A program made the translations under genes and the position numbers. A stretch of DNA of 61,090 nucleotides, counting the filler, from Dugesia japonica (lineage: Eukaryota): NCBI GenBank assembly GCA_001938525.1. It is 6 parts of 6 records of this genome, joined end to end, with 100 filler letters (N's around TTAATTAATTAA, not from the genome) between each part and the next. Parts side by side here need not be neighbours in the genome. Positions count along the whole stretch, not along the records: positions 1 to 9,841 come from MQRL01591615.1; positions 9,942 to 19,394 come from MQRL01586256.1; 4 more parts are not named here. One strand, written 5' to 3'. Shown one piece after another: positions 1-12,565 of the stretch; the stretch's first letter is position 1; each line of letters begins with the position of its first letter. The notes under the pieces were generated by a model. The model worked only from the letters and a program-made list of their open reading frames with translations, had not been told where the DNA came from and did no database searches.

Positions 1-36
<36 letters not shown>
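1..36. repeat. (ATT)n microsatellite
   Basis: Perfect ATT trinucleotide run. Further runs occur at ~2240-2388, 20381-20579, 24787-24836, 25895-25965, 26499-26712 and 29507-29573, mostly flanking N gaps. Confidence 0.95.
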
Positions 37-38
<2 letters not shown>

Positions 39-169
39 AATTCATACACTAAATTGACAATCAAACATGAAATTTTACCTCATAATATAGAACATTAAAT
101 GAAAACACTAAATTTTCCCAGGGGAAATTATTTCCAGGGAGAAATTATTACCAGGGGAAATTGTTGCAT

Positions 170-1330
170 CAACCCAAAAAAATTAAATGTACGAAATGTG
201 CCATAAAATAAAGCAAATTGTCCTACAAAAAAAGTAGTAGTGTTGGAGTCATCATAAAAGGACATATAAGTCGAGTTTGCTCAGATAAAAAACCAACAGA
301 ATGCTTAATTTGTGGAAAGGTAAGTTACATTGAAAGGTTATGTCAAGAAGTGATGTGTTAGTGCAGTGGAAATGGTGTAAATATGGCAGACGAGTTCTAC
401 ACAAATTTGAAAGTGAAAAAATTAACTGAAAAATCTTTGACTGCTGGAAGACCAGGAAACCAATATAATCGAATACATGCGATTGCAGATGAAGAAGTCA
501 AAAAAAAACGATGAATATGAGGAAGTATATGAAAGTGATTCCGAAAAGCAGTATCCAAAAGATAGGTGTCAACCAATAGATGTGTTGGTTGGAGCCATTC
601 ATTGTTAAATGTAGTGAATTATTATCCACAAGAAGTCGAGAAGTGGTATGATATCGGCAAAATAACAGAAAATGTATTTAGGTTATTAAAGAGGAAAAAC
701 CTTTGGGATGATAGTAAAATAAAATGGATTGGAACAATTAAAGTGGAACAGAAAAAAAAATTCCTACTATAAATTGCAAGGCAGACCAATTGTTACGGTA
801 TCAATTCAGGGAAATAAAGTTGAATGTTTTTTAGACACAGTGACTCGAATTAACGTGAATTTGAATTGTTTTAATAAATAACGAGAGCTACATTTAGAAT
901 TCAACATGGTAATGCAGACATATTATCTAGACCAATATGCGAAGTATGTGTACAATGTCATATGTCACATAAATATGCCAAGAAGGAGAAGATTAAAACA
1001 AGAGTACTGAATACAATTTAAAATTACAAAGAGGATCAATTAAACAATATTGAAGAAAATCATTTAACTAAGACAATTAAAATTTCATGACAAAATACAT
1101 GAAACAACAGAAGAAATACACAAAGTATTACGTCATATAGGAGTTGAAAAGTTTTACAAATACATGAGAGACAAATGCATTGCAAAGAATTTGTGAAGTT
1201 AAATTCAAAAGATAGTTCGCAGTTGTGAAATCTGTCAGAAGATAAACGTAGTGACCGTAGCAACTAAAGAGAAGACAAAGAGATTAGAAGCTAGAAATTT
1301 GTTTGAAGCCATATTCACAGATATATTTAT
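170..1330 (+). mobile_element. Degenerate Ty3/Gypsy LTR-retrotransposon internal remnant (gag knuckles, protease, RNase H end, integrase start)
   Basis: Broken-frame peptides: KGHISRVC and ECLICGK knuckles, VECFLDT (aspartic protease), HGNADILSRP (RNase H C-terminus), LFEAIFTDI. Bases 940-1320 are homologous to 38820-39110. Confidence 0.75.
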
Positions 1331-2235
1331 ATAAATATAAATTTGTGTTTCTTGAACTTGTTTACTGATTTATCTTTACCAAACAGGTCCATTGAAAATT
1401 AGGTGCTAACGTTTTCAGTTACTCAAATACTTAAAATTTAAAAACAATTTGGAATAAAAATTCACTGGTTGAGATAATAGTTCATAGATTTAATTGACAA
1501 AAATTGTAAAAATGCTATATACTTAGAAAATAAGAAAACATTTTTTAAAATATTTCATTGATTAAAACAAAATATTTTTTTTAATTTTTAAAAATTTTTT
1601 TTAAAAAGAAAAGGACAAATTTCTTTCTCAATTCTATTCGTATAAACATCAAAATCTAATCGAATAATTTTCAAATGTTTCTTTCTGCATTTATAACCGA
1701 GAATTAAAGATTCACTTTTATACATAAAAAAATTGAATTTATAATTAATTCGTATAGTTAAAAAAAACAAATCGATGATCGTAAACACTTGAGGCCATCA
1801 GTCGAATTCTGCAGAGCTGATTTGGAGCAAGTGGGTTGAAATTTAAGCTACATTGATGTTTAGTTTTCAATGAGAGAGGGAAACATTTCAAAGTTATTAT
1901 GAATACACTAACATGCGTTGAAGTGGTCGATGAGGGGAAGCTGTTTTTTTTAGAGATTTTTAAGAGTTTTTTTATCAAAAATTTTAAAACTATGTTGATT
2001 TTTAATTGATTTATAAAATATAATGTTCCGATTATTATCAACCTTTTAATAAAGAATTAAACAAAAAATTGAACATAGATAAAAACAAAAATATGTTATT
2101 GAAACAATATTTCAATAATAATCAAACATAAATAATAATCTCAAATTTAGAATTTTTTTAAAACAGATAATAAAATTTTGTTTTAATTTTCTTAGTTGAC
2201 TCATTTAGGATTTATTAAAAATATATTAACATAAC

Positions 2236-2282
<47 letters not shown>

Positions 2283-3589
2283 NNNNNNNNNNNNNNNNNN
2301 NNNNNNNNNNNNNNNNNNNNNNNNNNNNNNNNNNNNNNNNNNNNNNNNNNNNNNNNNNNNNNNNATAATAATAATAATAATAATAATAAAAATTAATAAA
2401 ATAATATTTTATATATAATATTATATTATTCTAAATAAAAATAAAAATATTTTTTTTAGATTTTATGACAAAATTTATATGAAAACAATTTTTCTATGTT
2501 TGATAATTTCTTAAAATTTCTAAATAATTTCTGATGTAGTGTTGAAAATTGTCAGCGACAATTTAGATATTTTATCTATAGTAATATAGGTGCGGTAAAG
2601 AGACGGAGAATTTAGGAGTACGACTCAGATAAAATTGTTTGTCCTACATTGTCGGTTTTGATTACTTTATCTGCTTCTGAGTCGGTAGCACGCGCTATCT
2701 CCAGTGTCAATAGACCTGGACACCGCCAGTCATTTACAAACATGTACAACTGAGTTATGACAAGACTGGTTAATACTAGAGAATTCTTTGATCACCACAA
2801 CACCACGTATTTGGATCATTGACATCTATTCAAATTGTTGTTTAGGTATATTTGTCGATCTTCCTGTTTACTAACCCGTCGACAGCGGTGATTTATTGTT
2901 TTCGGCACCAGTTATATCCATAATATTTCTGTTTTTGGTTTCAAAAATTCTGCCGACTAATATTCTGAGTTTCACTTCTTTTATTGTTTCTTTAAAAATG
3001 TTAAGAATTTTTCTTTTGTAATGTTATGAAAAATTTTACTATTCCGCTTTGATTTTCTTTCTTTTCTATTTATCGAAATATTTACTTTAAATATCTTTGA
3101 AATAACAATACAAAAAAATTCCCCACAAATATTTACTAATTTAATTACGATATTAAATATTTCAATTAAATCATGTTTTCTTTTAATTGATGAAAATCCG
3201 TAGTAATAGTATCGAGATAATTCTTTTATTGAAATCCGATTTTGCATTAAAATTATATCACTTCATACAAACAAAATAAAGATACTTGAAATATTAAATA
3301 TTTGAAATTGATATTTAATAAAGTATTTCATGAAATAAATAATCAAAGAAAAGTGGCAATTTTTTTATAAAAACTCTGAAACGCCATTTAAATATATATT
3401 TTCGTATGAAATGTTTCAACAGAATATCTGTCATCTTCAGATACAATAATTTTATCCTTATTTTAAAATTATTTATTAAAACAATATTTATTCCTTTATT
3501 TTTTTAAAAAAATTTATATATATTAAAAGTTCTGATTATGTAAACAATTATGCAATCTCTTCAATAAACCAAAATTAATTAAAAACATT

Positions 3590-3960
3590 CAATAAAGATT
3601 TAGAAAGACCATTTTGAACAGTAATTTTTGGATCAATTGATCTAATCATCAATGCCTCACACAACTCTCTCCCAATAATCTTTAAAGTTTTTGTACAAAA
3701 TTTTAAAATTATTTATACTGATAAGTGATTTACAATAATTATTATGTTCGGCAATATTACTTCTACTACCAGTTCGACAATGCTCTTGAATTCTTGTACA
3801 GAAATGAGGGAAGTCTCTCCAATGTATGTGGCATTACACACATTACATTCATATTTATAAACAAGATCAGAACACAATTGAATTGATGTTTTTGATTTAT
3901 TACTAAACATATTTATGATTTTAAATGATTTTATTAAACGTTTATTATGAAATATTTATA
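3590..3960 (-). mobile_element. Penelope-like element remnant, GIY-YIG endonuclease domain
   Basis: ORF 3713..3910 contains LVYKYECNVCNATYIGET. Downstream FKIIG and EALMI...P segments are typical of the PLE endonuclease C-terminus. Frameshifted. Confidence 0.75.
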
Positions 3961-5282
3961 ATCTATCTACAAAAATTTTTATAATCCATAATTATTTATT
4001 AAATAGAATTTTTATTTGTATAATAATAAAAGCGAAATTCGGCATCAATAATTAGATGGTTAATTATAAATTTATTTTAATAAATACTGTAATTAACTAT
4101 TTTAAATAAACAAATACAATTTATTTATAATATTATTATAATAATAGAAATAACACGATAAAATTACGGAATTATCCAAGTATTTCTTCAGTAATAAAAC
4201 TCGACATTTTTAAATAGTCTTTTGAAAATTATAAAGGAGAATTATTTATAAATCTTTTTCCTAATCGATAAATTGGAAAAAAACAATTCTAATCAAATAG
4301 AAATCTAATTTTATGTTGATTTAAAAGCTCTTTGATAAAAATATTCAGTCACAGATTTATGAGATGGAGAGGTGTAGCGGCGCTTCAGGGTACCGAATGC
4401 GACCCAACTTGCTTGGAATATTTTTATTTTAAATTTTCTCATAAAAAATATTTATACACAAGAAAAACATTGCGTTCTTTACATATTCAACATTCATATC
4501 ATATATAAATTAACACTGTAGTTTAAACTTGTTCTAGAGTTTATTAACAAGCATTTTGCGAAATATTTCAAGTATTAGCGTGGTTGTTCTTTAGCAATAA
4601 TACCACACTTCATTAAACGACGAATTGCTTTATGGAAAAGTAAATATAAAGGCAGAAAAATTGTGAAAAGAAAGCCAAAAAATGTTTTTAAAAAATTTAT
4701 TTACGACCCTAAATGTATTTAATTTTAAATTTATTACTGTTTTTTTGGAGTCCATATCAACTATAGAGAGCGTCTGACAAGATTTGCTCTAGGGTGCCGC
4801 AGGGACCCTAAAGCCGGCATTGAAAAATGTTCTTTGTAAACAATATTTATTTTTTATTCAACTTAAATAGCTCAAAATAATAATATAATATTTTCACTTA
4901 AAAAATTGCTTATTCATTAATCCTTTAAAATGTTTTTTCGAATGTAAACGTTCAAAAATTTTAAACGTACGTTGTAAATAAAATAAATTACGATTTGATA
5001 ATATTCAGTAATGAATTATAATTTTAATTATTACATAATCAATATTTCACCAGTAAAAAAAAACTCTCTCGTTGAATACTAGTTTGAAATAGTAAACAAT
5101 TTTGATAAAATAGAAAAAAAAAATACAATTTTTACGTTCTCATTTTGAAAACTATATTTGATAAATAACAGTTCAATGGTTAACAAGTGAAAATAATTTA
5201 TTAATGTTCGATTGATTTTAAATAAATATCATTTAAATACACTTAAATTTAGATGTTGTTTTTTTTATAATAAATTCTACTA

Positions 5283-6123
5283 CCGATCTTATTTTAATTT
5301 TGCATCTGGAAATCGTAATAGAGCTTTTTTTGGGATAGGTCTTATATTTTCTTTTCTTTTAAATCTTAAAGAATTATTTTTATGTTTTATTATTTATACA
5401 AATGAACAATGATAATCAAAATCAGTATTTCTGAAGCTTTTTAGTTTACAAATTCTTAAATTAAATAAGATTTTTCTAACACCATAATTTTCAAAATAAA
5501 ACTGCTGAAATTACAATATTATTAATGCACTTGAATATTTTTGTTTGTTACAATAAGATATAAAACATAAATGAAAATGAGATGTTACTTTGTTTTTAAA
5601 TCGAAATATTTCGGTATTTGCATTTTACCATTCTTAAAAATATTGATTGATGAATTTTCAATAAGATTTGCTTGTATTTGTTATCTCAGGATTAGTAATT
5701 TTATCTCATATTACTCAATACAGGTTTGTACTGTTAGTAAACTTTCAGAAAGAAATGCTAAAATATGCATTTAAAATAATGTTTATTTTTTTTATTTGTG
5801 AGATATTGTAAATTAAACATCATCAGATACATCGAGATTGTCTATATTATAATTCAGGTTCCGCAATGCCAATTCTTGTATAATCTCTCATGTCTAGCAA
5901 TAACATGCACGTAGCACATTTACAACACAATCATCTGTGATCTTATCCCATTTAACAATCTCTTTTAGACTGGGTTTTACAAAGTTGTAAACTGATTTTT
6001 AATTAATGATAAAACTATTATATCCCCTTTTTATATATAATATATTATTATATATTATTTATATTAAAAACCAACGGAAAACAGTCTAAAAAACATGCTT
6101 GGTCTTATTTTCCGAAAGCACGG
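5283..6123. mobile_element. TA-flanked non-autonomous pogo/Tc1-type element
   Basis: TA|CCG...CGG|TA ends with a TAAGAC subterminal motif. The paralogous region at ~9590-9620 shows the empty site (aaattctacTAatgagaaaaat). Confidence 0.65.
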
Positions 6124-6292
6124 TACTGAGAAAAATAAGATAATTTAATTTATTATTTAAAATTTATAATAATTTTTTTAAGTTATGCAGTTGAAAATCA
6201 ATAATGCGTCCATTTATTTACAAACAATTTGACTATAATGTATAATTTATAAAATGATTTATAAATAACTTAATCATGAATAGAAATTTTCA

Positions 6293-6910
6293 TCAATTGT
6301 AAAAACTAATTGGAGTCTGGCTTTGAGAATTAGGAAAATATAAGTAAGAGTAAATTGGAGCACAAATTGGTGATGATTGACAGGATATTAATTCATTTTG
6401 TGATTGGGTTTGTGGAAACAGCATTGTAGATAAATCCGGTAGATTTTCATGTTCTTGATTTGGAATTTTCGAAATTGAATCTATTAATAAAAAACATATT
6501 TAATTATTAATTATAATTGTTATAAAATCAATTTAAATAATATAATTAAGTGAACTAACGTTGAGATGAAGTATCCTTACTGGATGGCGATAAAGACAAA
6601 ACCTTATCGCATTGAGAATCAATTATATCTGTTAAAATTTCACTATACGCATCACCATCTTCAACATCATCTCCGGATTCATCAAGATCATTACTGCTCT
6701 TGTCATCAATTATTGATTTTGACGTTAGTCTATTTGCCATCTTTGATCTATTTGAAGATTTCTTGCTATTTTTCTTTTCCTAGAAATTTTATATAAGATT
6801 AAAACTAATAGTAGAAATAGTTTCATTATTACTTTAGCTCGTTGATTTTGGAACCAAACTTGGACAACTCTAACGGACAACCCAGTTTCTGATGCAAGAT
6901 TCTCTCTTAA
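6293..6910 (-). CDS. lmx1: LIM-homeobox transcription factor, Lmx1 class; last three coding exons only (6833-6910, 6560-6779, 6293-6480)
   Basis: A 78-nt exon encodes [26 protein letters not shown], matching the Lmx1 homeodomain helix 2/3 ([26 protein letters not shown]). GT-AG introns at 6780-6832 and 6481-6559 splice in frame to TGA at 6293-6295. Confidence 0.9.
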
Positions 6911-7575
6911 CTAAGATATTAAAAAATATCAAAACTTTATAAGTATTGTATTACAATTTAGAGATTTATCCAATTGAAGAAATTTTAACGATAAAGTATT
7001 AGAAAAACATCAAAACAAATAGTCTCGTTAAAATTATGCTAAATATTTAATAAATTTTCATAATCTTCATTTTTATTCTTATCAAATATCATTTTAAATT
7101 TAACGATTCTTTCGAACAATTTCAACAAAAAATGCAGTGTAATCTTTCTGTTTACTCGGACTTGGAAATGTATATTTTATTTAAATGGAAATCTTTCAGT
7201 TTAAACTTTCTTCTTGGTTGATCGAAAAAGTTTTTTAATTATTAGTTTAGTTTTATTGTATTAGCGCATGTGTGTATAAGTTGTTATATTATTTTTTAAT
7301 TAAACTAATTTGATCACGAGGTGGTTTTTTATGGAATTTTATTTTTTCTTTGATTATATGTATTTTAAAACAGCAAAAACTGAAAAAGAATAAAATCAGT
7401 TGTGTTTTTACTAAAAAAGAGATTATTTCACTTTTCGTATTTATACTTAGTGAAAGAAATTTCATATTGTTAACTTGTGTAGTTGTCATAAGAAAAATAT
7501 CGGATCAGTTTCTAATGTTTCATTTTCCTTTATAAATGGAAAAATAAGTTATCAATATTGTTCTAGTATGTAGCA

Positions 7576-8061
7576 CATGGGTGTCAAACTCAAATGATCT
7601 ATCGGGCCGCATTAGACCAAATTCGTTAGTCAGTGGGCCGCGATTTTGACACCCATAATTTAACATGACATCTTAATAATAATCTATATTTCCAGCTTAT
7701 TAATTATTCCACTATTAATTATTTAACAGTTGAACATCAGCTTTTTTAACGCATTATTTTTATTTTTTTAAAATTATTTCCGCATTTTTCATCTTTCAAA
7801 AAGTCAGCAATCTAAATTCGACATGTTTTAGATATTATTCATGCTTAACTACCTTAGTTACCTAATGGTGGTATATTCAAAATAAATGTATGCATTTTAT
7901 TTAATAAGAGCTTAAAAAACTAATTAAAAAAATGTTAAGCGAAATTATCTCATCTTATTTTTATTTCGGCGTTGTTCTGTTCTTTTATTATATATTTTAT
8001 GTGCCGATATATGGCCGGGCCGCAAAAATGTTGGTTGAGGGCCGCGAGTTTGACACCCCTG
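7576..8061. mobile_element. hAT-family MITE
   Basis: TIRs CATGGGTGTCAAACTC / GAGTTTGACACCCCTG, GGGCCGC subterminal repeats, and a perfect 8-bp TSD ATGTAGCA (7568-7575 and 8062-8069). Confidence 0.9.
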
Positions 8062-9097
8062 ATGTAGCATCTATTTTAATCATTTGTGAATATAAGAAAT
8101 TACAACTGAATACCATTTTAAAACATTCACCAATGCTGTTTACAAATAATTTATTCAAGATGGACGTACATCATATGAATAATTATTGATTTTTCTAAAT
8201 ATAACTATTATAATATTTTAACGGATTTTTCCAAAAATCAAAATTCTTCCAAAAATGCCGTTTAATTATTAAAAACTTATTTTTTATATTTGTTCAAATA
8301 AATTTTATTAATTATTAAAAAATAATTTTACAAAATCGACTATTATGACCACTTTGGTCACAAATTCTCCATTTAATAATAAATTTTGTTGATCCTGCTG
8401 AACTTCGAATTTTTTAATGTTTTGGTTTAATATCTTCAAGCGTTCTTGCCTCTTCCAGATCAAAAATATCAAATAGATATAAATTTCATTGATATATTTG
8501 TTTAATATTGCTAATTAGACGCTTCTCATGACAAAATTTTTTTGGAGATTCATTTCGAAATAGGCAAACACCGTAGTGATGTACACATGAGATCCCAAAT
8601 TCTTTACGATATTTACAATATATTTCTTTAAATTAAAACGTTTTATAACATGTCGTAATTTTTCGCAAGAAATAAATGAAAAATAAATAAAAAAATTAAA
8701 TATTTTTAAAAGAAAATAAGTTTTTAATAAAATTCGGGCAGTTTTAAAATTGTTTTGATTTTGTGGGAGGCATTTTTGGAAATACCTCTTTTTTATTAAA
8801 ACAAAACTTTATAATATAATTTTGTTTTTATAGTAAACTATGACTTTGTAAAATGGAGATTTGTATGTTTAAATATTTTTAGGAAATCAAAGCTCTATCT
8901 CAGTATTTCTTAAACTTTTTACATTCATGATCAAATTTTCATCATGAAAATTTTCAGGACCCCAGCTATTAATTACAAAATAAAACATAAATAGTCATAC
9001 ATAATTCATTTATTTCATCTGAACAATATATAAGTAAATGATGTTATTTTGTCAAAATAAAAGTAGTTTTAGAATTTATTCTCTATTACAAAAATAA

Positions 9098-9361
9098 ATC
9101 AGTGTGATGGATGTGTTTGTTTTGTGTCGCAAAGCAAATTAAACCTTAATTAATTAATTCTGGACGTAATGCATCTTACACGTTCTTCAGTGTTGGGCGA
9201 AAAACTCTATGCACTTATTGGAACTTTGTTAATACATCGTTATTGCGATAGTCACAATATTGTATAAACTAAAATTTGAGCATGCTCAAATTTAATTTGA
9301 CTCCAAAAGTTTTCTTTGCTACCCGAAATGGGGTCACGACTCTCTAGTTTAAGGAACGCTG
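9098..9361 (-). mobile_element. hAT (Buster-like) deletion derivative
   Basis: Minus strand encodes the transposase tail RFNLLCDTKQTHPSH*. A hAT-like terminus CAGCGTTCCTTAAAC lies at 9361. Confidence 0.55.
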
Positions 9362-9841
9362 TTCTATCTTATAGTGATGAAGAAATTATTGATCTAATAA
9401 ACATAACATTAACAGCTCGTTAAAAAACAATTTTTAGAAAAAAGAAAAATACGATTTTTATGTTCTAATTTTGAAAATTATATTTGATAAATAACAGGTC
9501 AACGGTTAACTAGTGAAAATAATTTATTAATGTTCGATTGATTTAAAATGAATTCTATTCAAATACACTAACATCTAAATATTATATTTTTAAATAAATT
9601 CTACTAATGAGAAAAATAGGATAATTTAATTTATTATTTGGCATATAAAATATATTTTTTAATTTATACTTGACACAATCGAAAATCGATAATGCGTTAA
9701 TTTATTTACAAACAATTGAAATAGAATGTGTAATTTATATAATTAATAAATAAATTAATTAATAATTAAAAAATAATTTGTCAAATTAAATCGATAACTA
9801 ATCGATTCTGAAAATTTTTCTGTGATTTTTGAATTCATTAA

Positions 9842-9941
9842 NNNNNNNNNNNNNNNNNNNNNNNNNNNNNNNNNNNNNNNNNNNNTTAATTAATTAANNN
9901 NNNNNNNNNNNNNNNNNNNNNNNNNNNNNNNNNNNNNNNNN
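9842..9941. other. Artificial contig linker N44-TTAATTAATTAA-N44
   Basis: Exactly 100 bp with a six-frame-stop core; recurs identically five times. Confidence 0.97.
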
Positions 9942-10201
9942 ATCTGAGCCGAATCCACGAACATAAAGTTACGAGAAATAGAATCAGCCAGAGTAAAGTT
10001 GATGAACAGAAAATGATTAGAGAAACCACGATTATCCCACAAAGTCGCGCTGGACCCAGGAATGAGAGGGGCATGGCACCGAGGTGTCATAAATGCTTGG
10101 GGATTTTAGNNNNNNNNNNNNNNNNNNNTAATAATATTGGAATGCAAAATAAAAGCGGTGGTAATGATGCAGTAAATCAATTAAAGCCTAAAATCCCAAC
10201 A
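9942..10201 (+). mobile_element. 3' end of an LTR (same family as 57950-58123)
   Basis: Ends in CCTAAAATCCCAACA. Shares CAAAGTCGCGCTG...CATAAATGCTT..GGATTTTAG with 57958-58030. Confidence 0.6.
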
Positions 10202-10209
10202 TAATGTAA

Positions 10210-12030
10210 CATGTAATCCCACAAATTATTAAAGTTGCTAAACATCATTTAAAAATAAATTATACTCTTGATCAGTTATTTTCTTTTGTCTTAATATATT
10301 ATTAAAATCTTCTTTTGATGGTATGTGGTTACTTTTTAATAATTTAATTACTTGATTAATATTTTCTCCTTTGACCTATTCATATGGAAATGATATTTTC
10401 TTTGGTTTTAAATTAAATGCTCTTAAATGATTATATTTTCCTGAATCATTTAACGTTTCACCCATTTTCTCGATTGATGTAAATGGACACATTCTTGCTG
10501 AATCTAAAAATTTAATACTTTCATATTGAAAAGATATAAACTTCATCAGTATGAGGAATTATTTTTTTAAATTTGTTTGGATATTTACTAATTAATTCTT
10601 TGAAAAACAGATTATTATCATAACCAGATGCATTGTGAAAATAAAAAGGAATAAATACATTTTTTATAGATTTATCTTGTAAATTACATTTTGAATGAGA
10701 ATATCCTCTAAATTCCCCATTGAAATGATCGTGATCTAAAACTGGATTTTCAGATCCCATTTCTTTATCACAATATCTACAATTTTGATTAGTAAACCCT
10801 GGATGGTTAGTTCCAGTATAAGTTTCGATTAATTTATTTTCTTTTATATCTTTTAATTTATTATTTAATTCATNNNNNNNNNNNNNNNNNNNNNNNNNNN
10901 NNNNNNNNNNNNNNNNNNNNNNNTTTATTTTCTTTTATATCTTTTAATTTATTATTTAATTCATTTAAAAATTCAAAGAACTGTTGATGAATGTTCTTTC
11001 CACAGAATTCTTTATATTCATTTTGAATTAAATGTTGAGATTTACTTACTACATAAATTCCAAGTGATAAAGGTTTTTGTTTTTTAGTTGTTGGATTAGT
11101 CCAACTTTCGAAATCTCCATAAATTACAAAAGGTATTTTATTTTTGTAATAGTAATTTTGATAATAATAACTGTAATTTTTAGAAAAAACTACATTACTA
11201 ATACCATGGTGAATACATTGTTTTTGGTGAATAATTAATAAATCTTTACTATAATAACAATTCATACATCTAATACATAAATGATTTGATGTTTGTTAAT
11301 TGTAAAAAATACTTGTACATCTCTACATAAAATAAAATGATTTTTATAAACTAATAAATTACATTTTTTCTGCTCTGGTTTGGGTTTAGTTTCATAATGA
11401 GAAATATATAAAGGTTCAAGTTGTTTAGACTCGGTTACAAAAAATACATTTACTTTAAAATCATTTAACTTTTCAAATTTTTTACATCACAAATATGAAC
11501 AGGGAATTTAATTCCAGTTGTATTTAATTCATCTAAATAAGGAATATATTTTTCTAGTCTAGTTTGATGATCTTTAAATACATGTTTATGAGCTAAAATT
11601 GAATATAAATATCTCTTTACTTTCTTTAAAATATTCAATTTCATAATTTTTTTATATTCTGAAGATATCTCGAATTTCAGGATCGAAATCAATAACTTCT
11701 TCTCCTGGTAATTTATCAAATAATATTTTGTTGACCATTTCTTTATGTTTATTTGATTGAAATGTGATTTAGCCTGATTTTGTCTTGTAAACTTTTTGTT
11801 ACAAATTTCACAAAAACAATGGAACTTTCTCTGAATTACCACAATTAGTGTTAAATGTTCTGTTAATCCCCTCATAGATCTAAAATTATTTAGACATTTT
11901 GGACAAGTAAACATTGCTCAGTTTAAAAGACAACATTTTGATCTAACATGACCTGTTAGACCTGCTTTATTTTTAAAAACCTTTTTGCAAAGTTCATTTG
12001 GACAAATTAACTGATTATTAGACTTTTTAA
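10210..12030 (-). pseudogene. Decayed Maverick/Polinton PolB (N-terminal half), paralogous to 48064-51797
   Basis: Fragments KNKAGLTGH, CPKC, CEICNKKF..QNQAKSHFN, KNKIPFVIYGDFE, VLDHDHFNGEFRGYSHSKCNL and FHNASGYDN are colinear with the intact PolB. Multiple stops and frameshifts plus an internal deletion. Confidence 0.9.
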
Positions 12031-12135
12031 GTATAAAAAATTTAGTTAAACAGTTTTTTTCCCTGATTTAAGCTGGTTAATTTCTCATTTTTAAAAATAC
12101 CATCCCAGAGGGTCCCATCTCAAAGATATATAACG

Positions 12136-12288
12136 AGTAATAGGAAAAAGGCGACTTTACGCCAGGGAATTAGTATTATAATATGCATTGGCATTAACAA
12201 CCACAATTACACACCGAATACCAAAAACTTATGCCTTATGCTTGGAGTAATCTACCCCCTGGCGTAAAGTCACCCTTTTCCTATTACT
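12136..12288. mobile_element. 153-bp element with 32-bp terminal inverted repeats (AGTAATAGG...CCTATTACT), Polinton-type termini
   Basis: Arms 12136-12167 and 12257-12288 are reverse complements with 2 mismatches. AG...CT ends as in Polintons; lies between two PolB relics; no clear TSD. Confidence 0.6.
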
Positions 12289-12565
12289 TTTAAGATTATT
12301 GAAGAATTGAAAGATGTAAAAATTCAATTTGGTATCAACGTTGAATTTATTAGGAATGGAGAAATAAAAACTGGAAGAATATCAAATAGAGACATTCAAT
12401 TAAGTGATGATTTTTTCCAAGATGGATTAAAGCAATTAAATGAAAAAAGTTCTTTAAGAACTGAGCTCGAACAGAATTTTGGAAGTTAATTTCAAAGTCA
12501 CTAAAATTGAAATTATGAGTAGACTGTCAGGACATGGTTACATACCGACTCCATCAAATCTGAAT
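12289..12565 (+). pseudogene. Possible remnant of the N-terminal (terminal-protein) region of another Polinton PolB
   Basis: VKIQFGINVEF...LNEK...GS...GHGYIPTP pattern resembles the region preceding the OTU-like domain in Polinton PolBs. Degenerate. Confidence 0.4.

Noticed and set aside
2520-2980. GC-richer coding-like stretch
   Set aside because: Interrupted in all frames and no recognisable family; probably a transposon fragment, but not supportable.
7130-7230. QPRRKFK peptide as the missing upstream homeobox exon
   Set aside because: No KRPRT or KPCRK context and no compatible splice sites; it runs into a stop.
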